A stretch of 64,000 nucleotides of DNA. Source: Antedon mediterranea (lineage: Eukaryota; Animalia; Echinodermata). The translations under genes were made by a program, and so were the position numbers. Under the pieces are notes generated by a model. The model worked only from the letters and a program-made list of their open reading frames with translations. It was not told the origin of the DNA and did no database searches. Location of the stretch: assembly GCF_964355755.1 (NCBI RefSeq), contig NC_092670.1, positions 19,206,795 to 19,270,794 on the forward strand. Direction: 5' to 3'. Positions 1 through 14,200 of this stretch are shown in pieces; the first letter of the stretch is position 1; each line of letters opens with the position of its first letter.

Positions 1-65
1 AATTTTGTTTCAATTCAACAAATTAAAACTACATTATTTAAGCTATAAATTCAAGGAATTCATAC

Positions 66-1489
66 CAACCTAAACACACTCCTAACTTGTGGATCTAACT
101 TGACGCCGAATTCTTCACAGCAATCTACCGATGGCTCACTTTGTTTAAGGTCTAACAGATTCGCCAAAGACTTTGGTCCATAAATGTTGCCAATGTTGTC
201 ACGTATACAACTATTTTGATATGTTTGTGCTACAATATTTTTTTTCCTAAAATAGAATAATATATAAATTATGAGTATGCTGTTAATTGAGATGCACAGT
301 GAGCAGGTAGTATCAAAATAGTTACCCTGTTCCAACTTGGTTTGTACAGGTGATACGAACACCTGTTGAAATCAGACAGTATGCTTGCAACAGATGGACC
401 ATTTTACCAAAATCTTTCTTGACGTTTCTTAAAAATTCTTTATGCCGAACTGGGAAAGTTGAGAACAAATTCTGAAGAGTGACAGTTGTTCCTGGCTGCA
501 AAAACAATAAGATTAGTATTAATTAGAAATGAAATGATACCTTATTCTCTGTCAGAACCTTTCCATACCACAATCCTACTTTACCTCATAGATTTTGTCA
601 TTGAAAAAATATACCTCTATTGAACTCACCTGTCTAGAGATTGGACTTTGTTTTAAAAGAATTCCATCATGATTATACTCAAGTTTGGTTCCTATGGCAA
701 CTGATGTGTGACATGTAGTAATCATTAAATTGCTATAAAAAGAGACAAATAATTAAATATGTCCAAAACAATTTCCAAATTTCAGAAAACTTTCACCATT
801 ATACAGTACTCATTAACGTTACAGACAAAAAGCTTGAAATTGTCTTGTATACTTACGAAAGAGCACATAAAGAGCTTAGAGCCTCTCCTCGGAATCCAAA
901 TGTACTTACACCAGCAAGATCAGAGAAGTCATTCAGTTTACTTGTGTGATGTTTCAGAGCTAAAATATATGAGAGATATTATAATAAAAATCAAGTCTTA
1001 CTATCAAATTTTATGTGACAAAAAAAGTGTGATGTGCCCAAATATGGTAGTAATATGGCATCATTGTGTCCATATATGGGTGCATCACAAAGTTTGATAT
1101 TGTGAGCCTTACTCAGTGCTTCAAAGTTTTCTTCTTTGACTCCTGATCCATTGTCGATAACTTCCAACAACTCTGAACCGTGATTCTTCAAACGCACCTC
1201 TGTCGTAAGAAACATAAAAAGGTTGTGAAATATTAAAGAATATGTATAATGGATCAACATAATGGTAATAGTATTTTCTCATTGTAACATTTCCAAGCTT
1301 ATTAACAGAATTACAATATCATACTGCACTATGAAAATGGAAAAAACAACGGTTACCAATGCTGGTGGCTCCTGCATCGAGACTATTCTCTACTAGTTCT
1401 TTGACAGCAGTAGCAAGATTTAAAACGACTTGACCTGAACAAATTTGATGAACCGATTGTCTGTCGATTGCTTTCACCTTTCCTGCCAT
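66..1489 (-). CDS. PMS2: Mismatch repair endonuclease PMS2 (MutL homolog), N-terminal GHKL ATPase exons; gene continues beyond the left edge of the window
   Basis: Exons ~1489-1357 ([44 protein letters not shown]), 1199-1113 ([21 protein letters not shown]), 959-857 (LKHHTSK...[15 protein letters not shown]), 732-630, 495-326 ([21 protein letters not shown]), 246-66; all GT-AG. The true start may lie in an upstream exon because there is an acceptor at ~1500. Confidence 0.93.
994..1110. mobile_element. Harbinger-like MITE copy
   Basis: Family sequence; begins at the PMS2 intron donor. Confidence 0.7.
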
Positions 1490-2296
1490 CTCATTATTTC
1501 TGTGACTGCGAATAAAATGAGAGTGTGTATATTCAGTTTGTCCCATAGAAATAAACATATATATATCAGCCATCGATTATAGTGTATGGTAACCAGAACA
1601 TTAAAAATAGAAATGGATACAATCAACACCATCATCTCTACTCATCATACCATCCATGATCATACCCACTTTCCTTAATTAAATCATAAATGGAATGTGG
1701 TACACCTCACTCCTGTCAGTGTCAGTTTATTAATTAATAACCAATAATTATCTATCTCTATAGAATAGATTGATTGTCAATCAATTATTATAATTGCTAT
1801 GTAATCTTGTTATAATGTATTTTACATTATAATACATTATTAAAGCCAATTTATCTGCAATTTCCGGAAAATAAACCTTTAGATAAACACATGTGAACCA
1901 TGAAGAATGATGAACAAAAAAATAAACAACCAGGTGAACTTTGACACAACATCCAGGTCTTATAATTCAATGGGTGAGTTCAGGTTATACAAGACATACA
2001 ATAAATTGTAATTCATGTTATATGTTCAGAAATATAATATGATGTAAATTATTAGTTTATTTGCATTGTAGAATGATGGTTAATAATAGTTTGTTTAGTT
2101 TACCTTGTAACTAAAACAGTGTAAAATTGTTTGCTTTCCTTTACTTATAATGGTATAGCCTAACAAAATGTCAGCGCCCTGTGTCGATTTTGCTTCCGCA
2201 AAAAATAGGTGTTTCAGCGTTTTAACTAGGCTAGGCCTAGAGGCTAGATGTATCTTATAAATGCTCAAATTGTTTGAAGTATTATAATTTGCCTCC

Positions 2297-5200
2297 ATGA
2301 TGGGCAGTAACGGAAGCAGCAGCTGGAGTGACAGCGATGAAAGTTCACTAAGTACAAGCGAACTTGTGAGTTTTATGAAAAGAAAAATGAAACCACTTAG
2401 GCTAGGAGGAGCCTAGGCTACCTAAAAGGTCACAGGACATAGGATAGATAGGCCCTCTAGGACTAGCTAGGCTAGTAGTAAGGCTCTAAAGTTTAGGCCT
2501 CGCCTTAATACAGGGCGTACTAGTTGGAAGTAGCCCATGTTCTAATTCCTACCGTATCAAGTTAGGAAATATCTAAGAAAGGTAGGCCAGATGAAATCAG
2601 TTGCGTAAAAAAAAATGTTTTTGATTGTTAAAATGGAATGACCACATACAATTATTTAATTTATTTTATCATATTTAATTTCATTGTAAACCGTTTAATT
2701 ACCACCTTTCATACGGACGATAGCAAATACTTATGTATACTAAATTGATTATTATGTTTATTTTACAGTTAGAGGAAAATGAGCAGAATCAGGCCGTGGC
2801 TTCTGGTTCAACTGCTCCAGGTATAACTACTGTTGTCTTCAAAAGAATGATCAATGAACAATATACAGTATTATTTTAATCATCACAGCATCTCATACCA
2901 GCCAACCCAACAACCATTTTACACAATGTTTGCTTTTCCTTTGCCTATAAATCTTGCCAGCTGTTTATATACTGCTTTAAAATACAAATGAAATAAGAAA
3001 AAAAAAGAAAAACTAGAAAGCCAATCCGAGAGTGCATACCTCCGCCTACTGTAAAATTCTCCTAAATAAGATTTCTCTGGTAAAAAAATATATATATATA
3101 TTTGTGTGTGTCTTAATGCTGTTTGTGATTTACGCTAATTTGTTATTTCTATTTTTTGATCTTTATCATAACAAACATCATTATCAATATCATAAAGCTA
3201 TACAAACATAGAAATTACAACATCTCTTTTCTTTTTAGCTTTAGAATCAAATCCCAAGGATTTCACTCTGGGAATGCTTTTCAATCACTCAAGACTAAGA
3301 GAAGCAGCATCTAAAATAAGGTGAGTATAAATATAATGAATGCAGTCACAAGCCCCACATTTTACAAAATTGTAAAACTGCAAAAATATGAATGTGCAAT
3401 ATACCTCTTTATCGTAAAGGATGGATCCAAATAATGAATGGCATGTTATATGTAATCAACCTAAATTTCAAGGATATAATTAGGTGTGTTATAAAATGTA
3501 CAATAAAACAATCTTTTAACATTTATTTTAAGGGATGATGTACCAGAGACTGTTGTTCAGCAGCACCATGGCAACCTTGTACGCTTTCTGAATGATAGAA
3601 TTCACTGTGGTGAGGTAAACAATACTATTATTTTAGAATTGAAATAAAATAAACACTTAATATACTGTAGAAGAAAAAACTTCTGTTAAAATAGTAAAAA
3701 AATATATATGTTTATTTTATATTATTAGTCTCATGTTACTCTGTCTCAATTTTGTGATTTTCTGAATCAGAGGGGTGTCAGCCGTGAAGAATGTGTTCAA
3801 GTAAGTAAATTATTATATCATCTTAAAAATGAAGAGAATAATGGTCACTAATCTACAGTTCAGTAGGTTCTACATTTATTAAAATTTGAAAGTGGGTTTT
3901 TTGTGTGTTTTGCACTCTCTCGTAATCTATTTATGTCTCAATTAGAGACTCCTAATCTAGTCTTATTTTTCTCTGTTCGAGAAAGAAATTATCATTCAAT
4001 AAAGACATGTTATCTTTTCTAGGCCTTTGATCAGTTTGATGCTGATGATGAGGGACAGGCAGAGTTAAAGACGGTGCTGGATGCTCTGCGAACTTCAAAC
4101 AGTGCTTGCCTACAAGGAGATCTCAACTACTCCATTCGAGCACTACAAGCTTGTACTCTCATTCCTAATCTGATAGATATATACTCAAGGGGGAGTAAGA
4201 ACAGTCAACAGCATGGCAAAAGGTTATTAAAGGTAACAGTACAAATGCTCTTCCAGATTAGGTGCAGTGGCATGCAACATTAACAATTATGAACTATAAA
4301 TCAAAACTGTTTGTTTGAATAAATTGGTCATTAAGTTAATAATTTATTCATTACAATATAAAAAAACTTTGAAAAATGACCCTTGAGGCCATAATTGACT
4401 GCATTTCTTAAGCACTATCAAATTTTATGTGACAACAAATGTATGGACATGATGATGTCATATCACTACAATATTATACATTTTATATTTGTCATTAATC
4501 CGTGGATCTTTTGGTTTTCTAATATCTTTTTAGTACGTCCTGAAAAACCGAGCTATTAGTACCAATTTTCCATTCCCATTACTTGAAGGTTTCAACAACA
4601 CATGCTCAATGAGGCTATCTGTTTTGAAGGCCCACTTTGATCGTCAAGAAAATAATGGTAATTGCTTGAATACTACTATTATGCTACTGTTATGAATTTT
4701 TGCAGGGAAAATATATCATTTTCTCTAATTATAAACAGTCTACTTTCTCCCAATATCTGTAGTTTTAATAGTGAGAATAACACTACAGGAAGCTAACTGA
4801 TACTCTGGCGTAACACACAAAGACCTCTGGTTTAGCACTCCTAAGGGGCCCTCCAATGCTGGGTAGTTGCATTGGATTGCTCATGCCCTGTGGCCCCTGG
4901 GTTTAGCCAGTGAGCACTCGTAGCCATTACGCTACTGCTGATACTGTCAGACAGTATATGTTATTGCATTTAGTTAAATTTTTGCCATCTATACCATATT
5001 ACCTTAACATAATCAATAGAATATCACTTAATTAAATTTGAGTCATCTTTAATTCACTAAAACATAACTGAAGATAACATTTTTATCTGTTTTAGTAGTC
5101 AAAGAGCTGACAGATGCAACGGGGAAAGAAGTAAGACAGATTACACGTTGCTTCAAGACAGTTCATGTGTCAACAAACAACAGAGATGTTGGCAGGTAAG

Positions 5201-8200
5201 AATAATTCATTTCATAATATTCATTTGCCAACAAACGTCTGGTGCTTCTAAAGAAACAATGAAGCGCTATAGCTCGTAAGCCAGAAGCCCAGCTTAAATT
5301 TAAAACAGTAATAATTATTAATACAATAGGTTTACTGTTTACAATATAACCTCTGTTAAGGGGACACCTTCAGGAGCTAACAAAATGTCCACGATGTCTC
5401 CTGAATAACTGTCTGTAGAATGAAAATATAAATTTCTCCATGTTTCATTGGAAAGTGACCCTTAATAGAGGTGTCTCCTGAGGTGGCCGTAGTATTAAAA
5501 TATAAATTTCCCTTTGTTTCATTGGAAATTGACCCCTTATCCCCTGGGTTGGCCCTAGTAGTAAAATATAAATTTCCCTATTGTTTCATTCATTGGAAGT
5601 GACCCCTTAGGGGAGTTCCAAAGGATGGGTTGTACTATATTCAACGTCTGTAGATGCTCACAATAGATCTAAATATTTGCCTCTCTATATACTGGTATTA
5701 TTTCTTTTAAGACTCACTGACAATAATGGCTCAACTTATTGGCAATCTGATGGCGCCACTGGCTCGCACTGGATCCGTCTGCGACTCAAGAATGACGTCA
5801 TCCTCCAATACCTCTCGATAACTGTAAACAGAGCAGATCAGAGTTACAAGCCCCACCATGTGTCTGTATTGACAGGTCGTACTCCTACCACACTTCAAGA
5901 GGTCAAAGATCTGCGAATACAAGGGTAAAGATCTGTCAAACTTTATGTGATAAAAAAGTGTGATGTGCCTAAATTTGGTAGTGATATAACCAAATATAGT
6001 AGTGATATGACATCATCATGTCCATATGTGGGCACATCACAATTTGTTGTCACATAAAGTTTGATAGTGTAGAGAGAACTTTAGTCTACCAAATATTATA
6101 AGACAAGCTCTAACCTTCTGTCATGGATTCTAGTTAATATTACTTTCTTGAAGTTAATTTATAATATATTTTATCTGAAATCAGAAATTGCTCAACAAAA
6201 TGTGTTTTTCAGGAATGCTACTGGTGAGGTTATTCTAATACAGAATGCTCGTATTACCGCACCATATGTACAGATCAACATTCTACGATGTAATTCTGAT
6301 GGTTGTGATACAAGAATTCATGGATTGAAAGCACTTGGATTCAGGTTGACTCATACTCATATTTAAATTCCTTATACAAAAAAACAAAATTGTTCTCTAC
6401 TACCGGGAATGATGGCACCAGGTTGCATGTGTGGTGTCGTTCCTGACAAAGTCTCCCTGATTTACCTCAAAATTAATATTTTTATTAGTTTAATGAAATA
6501 CGATTAAATTTATGTTCCTTGTACATAAATTATAAATAGGATAAACAAACAACTGTCTTAAGCTCTGTCTACAATATCAAACTTTATGTGACAAAAAAAT
6601 GCGATGTGCCTATATATGGACATGATGATGTCATATCACTACCATATTTGGTCATATCACTACCATATTTGGGCACATCATATTTTGTTTGTCAAACTAG
6701 TTTGGTAGTGTAGAAAGAGCTTTACATGTGATTATGTAATCTAATGGATGAATATAAATGTTATTTTTATATCACAGAGTTGTTCAGACACCAAAAATCA
6801 GTGTGAAGGATGCATCAGCAGTCTGGTATTTCTCTGTTTTAGCCTCCACTGCAACAGCTACAATGCCGATTGCGCCTCATCTTAGAAATAGCATTATTCA
6901 GCACACAAGGTAAGGGCTTAAAGGAAGTAGATGAGACTACCATCCACCAAAAGGACCTTGTGAAACCCACACTTCCTTCTTTAAATTGTTGTATTCGAAA
7001 TCTAATTTACTGTTGAGTATAGTTTTTCCTTTGAGTACTTAAACGGAGTATTTTGAGCATTGAGCTTATTCTCAACAAAAAGCTTACGTTGTTAACCTTT
7101 TTGTATTTGAATGATTTTCTGTTGAGCACAATCATTGAATACAAAAAGTACTTAATGAATCTTATGTTGACTACGAAAGTTCCCAATCGAATACAACAAT
7201 TGTCTTTGACTTCTGTTCCTGCGCAAGACACTTTGTCTTGCATATTAACCCAGTATTGAATAACCTACCACAAACCATTGGAATTTTACACACAAATGAG
7301 GAAGCACTAACCACTAGGTTAAAGGAAGATTTGGACAGACACAGTGGCAGTGAGTGAGTGGCCGAGCGGTTAAGACAGTGGAACCGTAATTACGTAGCCA
7401 TAACATCGGCAGGGGTTCGAGGCTCACTCACTCCATGGTTCTGGTGGTAGAACGAGTCTTCTCGGATAAGGACTATAAACCGTAGGTCCAGTGTACACAT
7501 CTAGCTCGTGTGCACTTTAAAGAACCTAGTACATCTTTCGAGACGAGTAGGGGGTTACTCCGGTGTAATAGTACATCACAGCCACTGATCACCAACTGGG
7601 CCCTCTGGGAGACCAGTCTTTGACTGAAGAGGTTACCCAGTATAAATAAAAATAAATATAAAATTTCAATCAAAGGATACTTTAATAGGTAAAGATATGC
7701 TTTGATCAGGATTTTCAGCATTCTCACTCATGAGGACAATCAAATTATATTGATCAAAACATCGAGAAACTCAACAGCTCTTTTCAGAACTATATATATA
7801 TATGTTGTGTACCCAAAACTTTATATCAGCATCTTATCAGGATTGTTTCTTTTCTTGTAGGACTGCTCTAAACTTCATGCAACCATTATCATTAAGTGCT
7901 GCATCAACAGAGCGGCCATCTTACCTGAGTGCCCCAGTTCTAGATCAGCTTGAGACGTTCATTGATACTGTGTCTCGAGACATACAAACTGGTAAAATAG
8001 ACGATGACGGTGTTGTCATTGCTCTGGAACTTGCATTAGCACGAGGAAGCGTTGCTAGAGTACTCCGTGCTCTAGAATATGCTCTTGGTGAGTAGAACGA
8101 TTGGTTGTATTTAAACAATTACCTAGTATTCAGTGGCTATGAGTTCTCTGGAGCTTATGGGGGCTTCTGAGCAGAGGAAAAAACTGGAATTAGAGTATGA

Positions 8201-11200
8201 CGAAAGAAGGGTAAAACGCCAGAGGCCTCCAGCGTTGTAGGGTTCCTAAATCAGGGGCCTCATAAGTTCTCTACATTACACCACTGCTAATATTTCATAC
8301 CATGATTTTTTCTCTTTTCCATTTGATTCTTAGATAATAACAAAGTGGAATTTCCAGTGGGAAGAATGATGAAGTCACTAACAACAGTACGAGAAACTCT
8401 TCTAAAAAAGAACTGTGAGTGCTTTTTCAGTGGCCATTGTATTTGAGAATAATTATATTTTACTTATATTTCAAAATATCACTATATATTGTGTTTGACC
8501 TTTGTTTGGTAGCTTCTGCAATACAACTGTCTCTGTTGGGATGTGATGGTGGACAAAAAGATGAGACGAGTGCACCTGCCAATGTGCTTACGGATAACTG
8601 GAGTACGGAAAGTAAGTGTCAACTCGCAATCAAATAGCTTGTTATTACTTTTGCCACATGCTCTTTGGTCTTGTATCTCCTCTTTTTATCACTGAAAGGA
8701 ATAAATACAATGAAACACTGATTTTAATTGAATTGATGTGAAATCAGAAAAACATGATGATCAATGTCAACTAACAATTTATTTGTTTTCATATTTTACT
8801 AGCGTATATATCTGAGAAAACACAAGTAAACATGTTCTTTGGTAAGGGAAAGCCTGTTCAGATCACCAAGGTTAGAATTAAGGTAAGAATTATTGGGGCT
8901 TTTAAGCTCTGTCCACACTATTAAACTTTGTGTGAAAAAAAATGTGATGTGCCCATATATGGACATGATGTCATATCACTACCATATTTGGGCACATCAC
9001 ATTTTTTTTGTCAATCTAGTTTGATAGTGTGGACAGAGATTAAGTTTATGCAAAATTGAGAAATTCAGTTTGTAAAGGTATTTTCAAGAGTTCCAAAGTG
9101 TGAAGTCAATTCCAGTTTTTTCTGGTTTATCATACTTATATAATTTGATAGTGTTGGCTACCAATATAGTTGTGTTACATGTTTCTTCATTTTGTTTTTC
9201 CCCCTCTTTTTAGGCAAGCAAGGGTGACATTGCGCCACGAGCAGGACTTGTATTTGTGTATAATGATAGGTTAGTCATTCTCACATTTATCACCTTATTT
9301 GGTTTTGTCTGTTTCAGTACTTCCAATATTGATGATTTGCCAGTTTATACAGCACTTTTACAGGCCATGATCATATTTACACCTCTATTGAGCATATTCT
9401 TGCAAACGTTTTTCTTAACCTCAAACTAGTTCAATAAAAAAAGTTTAATGTGCCCAAATATGGTAGTGATATGCCCGAATATGGTAGTGCTATAACATCA
9501 TCATGTCCATTGGGTACACATTTTTTTGACACATAAAGTTTGATAGAGTTGGCAGAGCCTTAACTACCTTTTAACTACCATAACACATTTGCATATTGAT
9601 CTCTTAATAATCCTTCAAATTTACTTTTCCTTTCCAGTGAAGGATTTGATCAGCAGCGTCACGTTGATCGATTCTCAGTCTACAACAAATTTACAGATAC
9701 TGATTACAAAATACTGAATGGCATTAGGTATTGATATGGTTTATGTTTATTCTCAAAACATTATACTCAAAGCATGCTTTGAATTATAGACCTGAACTTG
9801 TGGTTTTCCCTAATCACCATTTATTCATTAAAGTATATGTGGTCATAACAAGTAGTAAAACCATCATTGAGTCTAGTGGCCGAGCGGTTAAGACACCATT
9901 GTTTTGGTGGTAGAACAAGTTTTCTTTTTCTTCTTAAAACTGGAGGTCCAGTGTGCACTTTTAAGAACACAGTCCATCTTTCAGAAGAGTAAGGGGTTAC
10001 CCCAGTGTACGGGTCATTGTGGACAGCACTTGACACAAAGAGGCCCTTAGTGGAGAAGAAAGCTGAACTATGTGTCGTCCACACCTGTGCGAAATTCAGC
10101 CCAGTAGGCTGTGAGTCAGAGTTTATTCCCCATATTAGTATTTCTCTCCAAAATAATTAAAATTAAATTCTTTCAGATCAGCTTCAATTGGTGGACTACC
10201 AGACAATCCTGTGGCATACTTCTCTTTTGATGATGACTGGTAAGGGCTTGTTTTGAAAAATTACTTACAAATGTTTTATGACCTTTGCCCTGTACCATTT
10301 GCAACTTTGTTCTTTGCTTATTTTTTACAGGAATGAGATTGAGGTTCCAATGGATGTCTGTCACACCGGTCGTTTCGTTCTGATAAAATTTCTTGGTCCA
10401 CGTGCTGAAAACGCTGAGAAACTTGGCATCATTGGTATCAAGTTCAATGGCTACTCTCGAAAAGATTCCAAACTGACAGTTCTCAATCTGGTAAAGCCAA
10501 AAACATATTTAGAATAAAACTAATTACATTACTTTTTCCAAGCTATAAGAATTTCAATTTTATTTCTTTTTTATGTAAAAAATATATTCCTTCTATAGTC
10601 AGAAATTGCTCAATTGAACCCAAATTCAGATGCTCCAGTGAAAACAGAGACAATCTTTGTTCGAATTCTTCACTTTCTTAGCAGTCTTGGACAAGATCTG
10701 GTTAGTAAACATAATCATTGTTTAGTTCCAAACATTTGCACACACCTAAAACTTTATTAAAATATCAATATACAAGACAATGTGTATTAATACAATGTAA
10801 TATTTCTTTGAAATTTCAGGAGATAATTCGTCGCAAAGAAGTTGGTAGCAGTGGAAGTCTACTGGAGCTTGAAGGTATAACAACCGAAATGATTTTCAAA
10901 CATTATCAAAAATTAATGAGGTAAGATAATAGTGGATAAATTGCACATAGATGATGTTGAAAATGGCATGTCTAGGAAAAGAGTCCTTGTAGTGCAGAAA
11001 ACATTTATGCCGTAAAACCCTTCTTTGCAACACCCCTAGTAAAGGGACACTCCCCCATGAAATTATTGAGAGGTCATATACGTTTTGTGTTTCTTATCAA
11101 TTTTTACTTTTTTTCTCCAGGGAAGAAAATTGGATTTACAGTCAAATCTTGATTATCCGGATGCTGCACGCGTTCATACCTCATCTGACAAAAGAAATCA

Positions 11201-14200
11201 TGAAAGACGATACCAAAGACAAGGATAAACAAATGAGCTTAGAGAAGGTATTACAGTGGAATTTCTTCTTAGGCTCTGTCTACACTATCAAACTAGTTTC
11301 ACAAAAAAGTGTGATATGCCCAATGACATCATGTCCATATATGGGCACATCACATTTTTTTGTCACAAAAGTTTGATAGAGCTTGTAGACAGAGCTTATG
11401 GCCACTTTTGTTATTTTTCTTTTACTTGAGATGGAAAGAAGATCTTTGTTATTCAATCTGTTCACAGGCTTCTGGTACTAAAGATGTGCCTACCAGTGCT
11501 GTTGCTGATGTAGACAATGAAAGTGTGCAGTTATTCTTCAACATGCTCTGTGACATCATAAACAAGACACCAGAAAATGCACCAGGAGCGGATGGACTAC
11601 TCAGAGAAGTGATAGTGGAAGCAGTCATAGATGGTAAATTCTTAACAAATCTTATTAATATTGATTGATCGATAGGTGTTTATAGTTATCTGCCAAGTTA
11701 ACTTTTGCCTATAGATATTACCATCAAGTTTGTATATTACGAACATGATGAAACAAGTGTGTATGTAAATAGTGTATTAATTAGTGTATGAGAATTTTGG
11801 AGTAAGTTTGTAAATATGAAAACTATGACTTCTGTATGTATGTTTGGCAAAATTCTATTTCATTTCAGGAGCGGCAGTCTTCTTTCCAAATAAGGACACG
11901 CGAAAGAAAAAGCTTTTTGCAATGATGAATTCAGAATGTGTGAGTATAAAATAAATTGTAAAATTAAAGCTAATGAATTAATTTGATCTATTTAGTATTA
12001 ACATTACGATACCAATACATAATTACAATCATTTCTTTCCATGATAGATTGACGATAAACCAGCAACAAGTTTTGTTTTTCAATCGCTCTGTAACTACTT
12101 CAGTTCAGTTGACCCTACAGGACTTTTAGATTTGCCATCTGATCCTCCAAAGGTATTGACACACCAAAATATTTAGAACATTATGACATATTGATATTAC
12201 TGTAAAGTATTAATACTTGTAATATTACTATTAAATTTTTACACATTCTATTCCAGGACTTTGATTTTACAACAACACTGAATGTAATGGAAACGCTTCT
12301 AAAGGTGTCGCTCAAAGAGGTTGGTAGAAATTTACTATAGTTTTTGTAGGAAGAAATAGTTAAATACTGCAATCTATTGATAGGTATCTAAATTGTGTTT
12401 GGACATTTGTTATAATAGTAAGATTCAAAAACTAAATGATAGTGATATATTGCTTGAAGGTTTGCATGGTGAAATCAAATGTTGATAAAGTTTGCAGTAC
12501 ACCAAGTATATTTAGTTCTGAAAAGAACTGTTGAGTTTCTCCTCTAAATGATAGTGGTAGACAAAATTCTTTCTACATTTTTAGTTTGTAAGAATGACGG
12601 AAGAACATAGTGGCACAAGTAGTGCTAAGGAATCGTATGTCAGTGGACTTCTAAACGCTTTGCAAGGAAGTCTGGTGTTGTGGTGCAGAAACAGACAAAC
12701 TGGAGAATGCAATCAGGAAGCTGCCAAGAGTGTACTCTGCAACTGTAAGTTTGATTTGGTTTTCTAAGTACGGTTCCTTCTAAATTCATCAAATTATAAC
12801 TGGTGAAGTAAAAGACATTTTTTGGTTTCTGTAGATGTTCATAAACATTGCAAGTACATACAAGAAGCATTGGAGGTCATCGCCAAGGCGAATGACCCTG
12901 ATATTTTCAAGAAGGTGGAAGCTTCCTTCTTAGCAACAACATTCCGGCAGCTGGTGAGTTTCCAAATTCATTATTCACATTAAGCTTTTTGAGTTGTCAG
13001 TACAAAAACTTTTACCTGTTTTCTTCCTTTTTTTTTTTTTTATAGATTTTGTGTCTAAAACTTGTTGCCAAGGACATCACTGATCTAAGGATATCACATG
13101 ATCTGCTTGACATATCATCAAAGATTAAAGATTTAGAGATTAATTCTCGAAATATTGAGGTAAAGAAAGAAAATAATTTCATTTGGGTTACAAACTATCA
13201 TATTTGGAGATTTGTATTTTCTTCGGCCACAACCTAGGTGTGCAAATGGTCATTGCTTGAACCTAAAGACCACCAAAACTGTATTATGGAATAAAGTGAG
13301 GAAGCACTTTCCAACTTCCCTGCAAGTGAATTCACATGACCTAACTTGTTCCTAGATTGTTGGTCGATAACTCCCTGCTACAGATAGAAGTTGTGTAGTA
13401 GTGTAAAGCTCTGTCTACACTACCAAACTAGTTTGGACACAATGACATCATATCACTGCCATATGTGGCACTGTAGACAGAGCTTAATACACACTATATT
13501 TATGTAAGGTGTAAATTGAAAGAGCATTTTTAATGTTTATACAAATTTTATTCTAAATGTATTATAATAATAATTATACAATCAATGCAATAGAATACCT
13601 ACTAGATATTGATTAAGTTTTGTATGATGTTTTCTTGTTCCACGTTTTTTTATGTTGTATTTGAGACAAAAATAAATGAAATGAAATGGAATTGAGAAGC
13701 TACAACAATACTATTGTTATCTATCTATTTCTGTTGTTTTTAAAACTTTTATGTTTACTTTTTGCAGGTTGCCAGTGCTTGCAATAAGTCCAACACACCT
13801 GTCACATTACGTGTATGGAATGTAGAATCTTCACACAATTATGAGAACAATCAGCATACAACTCAAGTGTTCTTCTGCCCTGGTGCTGATGTGTTTGAAG
13901 TCACTTTTGACCCCAGATGTGAAACTGAAAGAAGGTACATAGAAGTATATTTCTTCAGATTATAGATCCTTTGTATTCAGTCAGATAAGTTATTGTCAGA
14001 ATTATTAACTTGGAATCATTATGTCTTGTAGATATGACTTCCTCGAATTTACAGATTTTAGAGGAGTTGTGACTCGTTATGATCAAAAAGTGAACTCAGA
14101 AAAGTGGCCACTGAAAGTATCATTTAAAGGAGGCCCTCGCTTGCAATATGTCTTTCACTCAGACAGCAGCCAAAATGAATGGGGCTACAAATTCACTGTA

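Noticed and set aside
7349-7436. tRNA gene calls for the SINE heads (also 25173, 49155)
   Set aside because: Anticodon arm does not fold canonically and each continues into a shared SINE body and tail.
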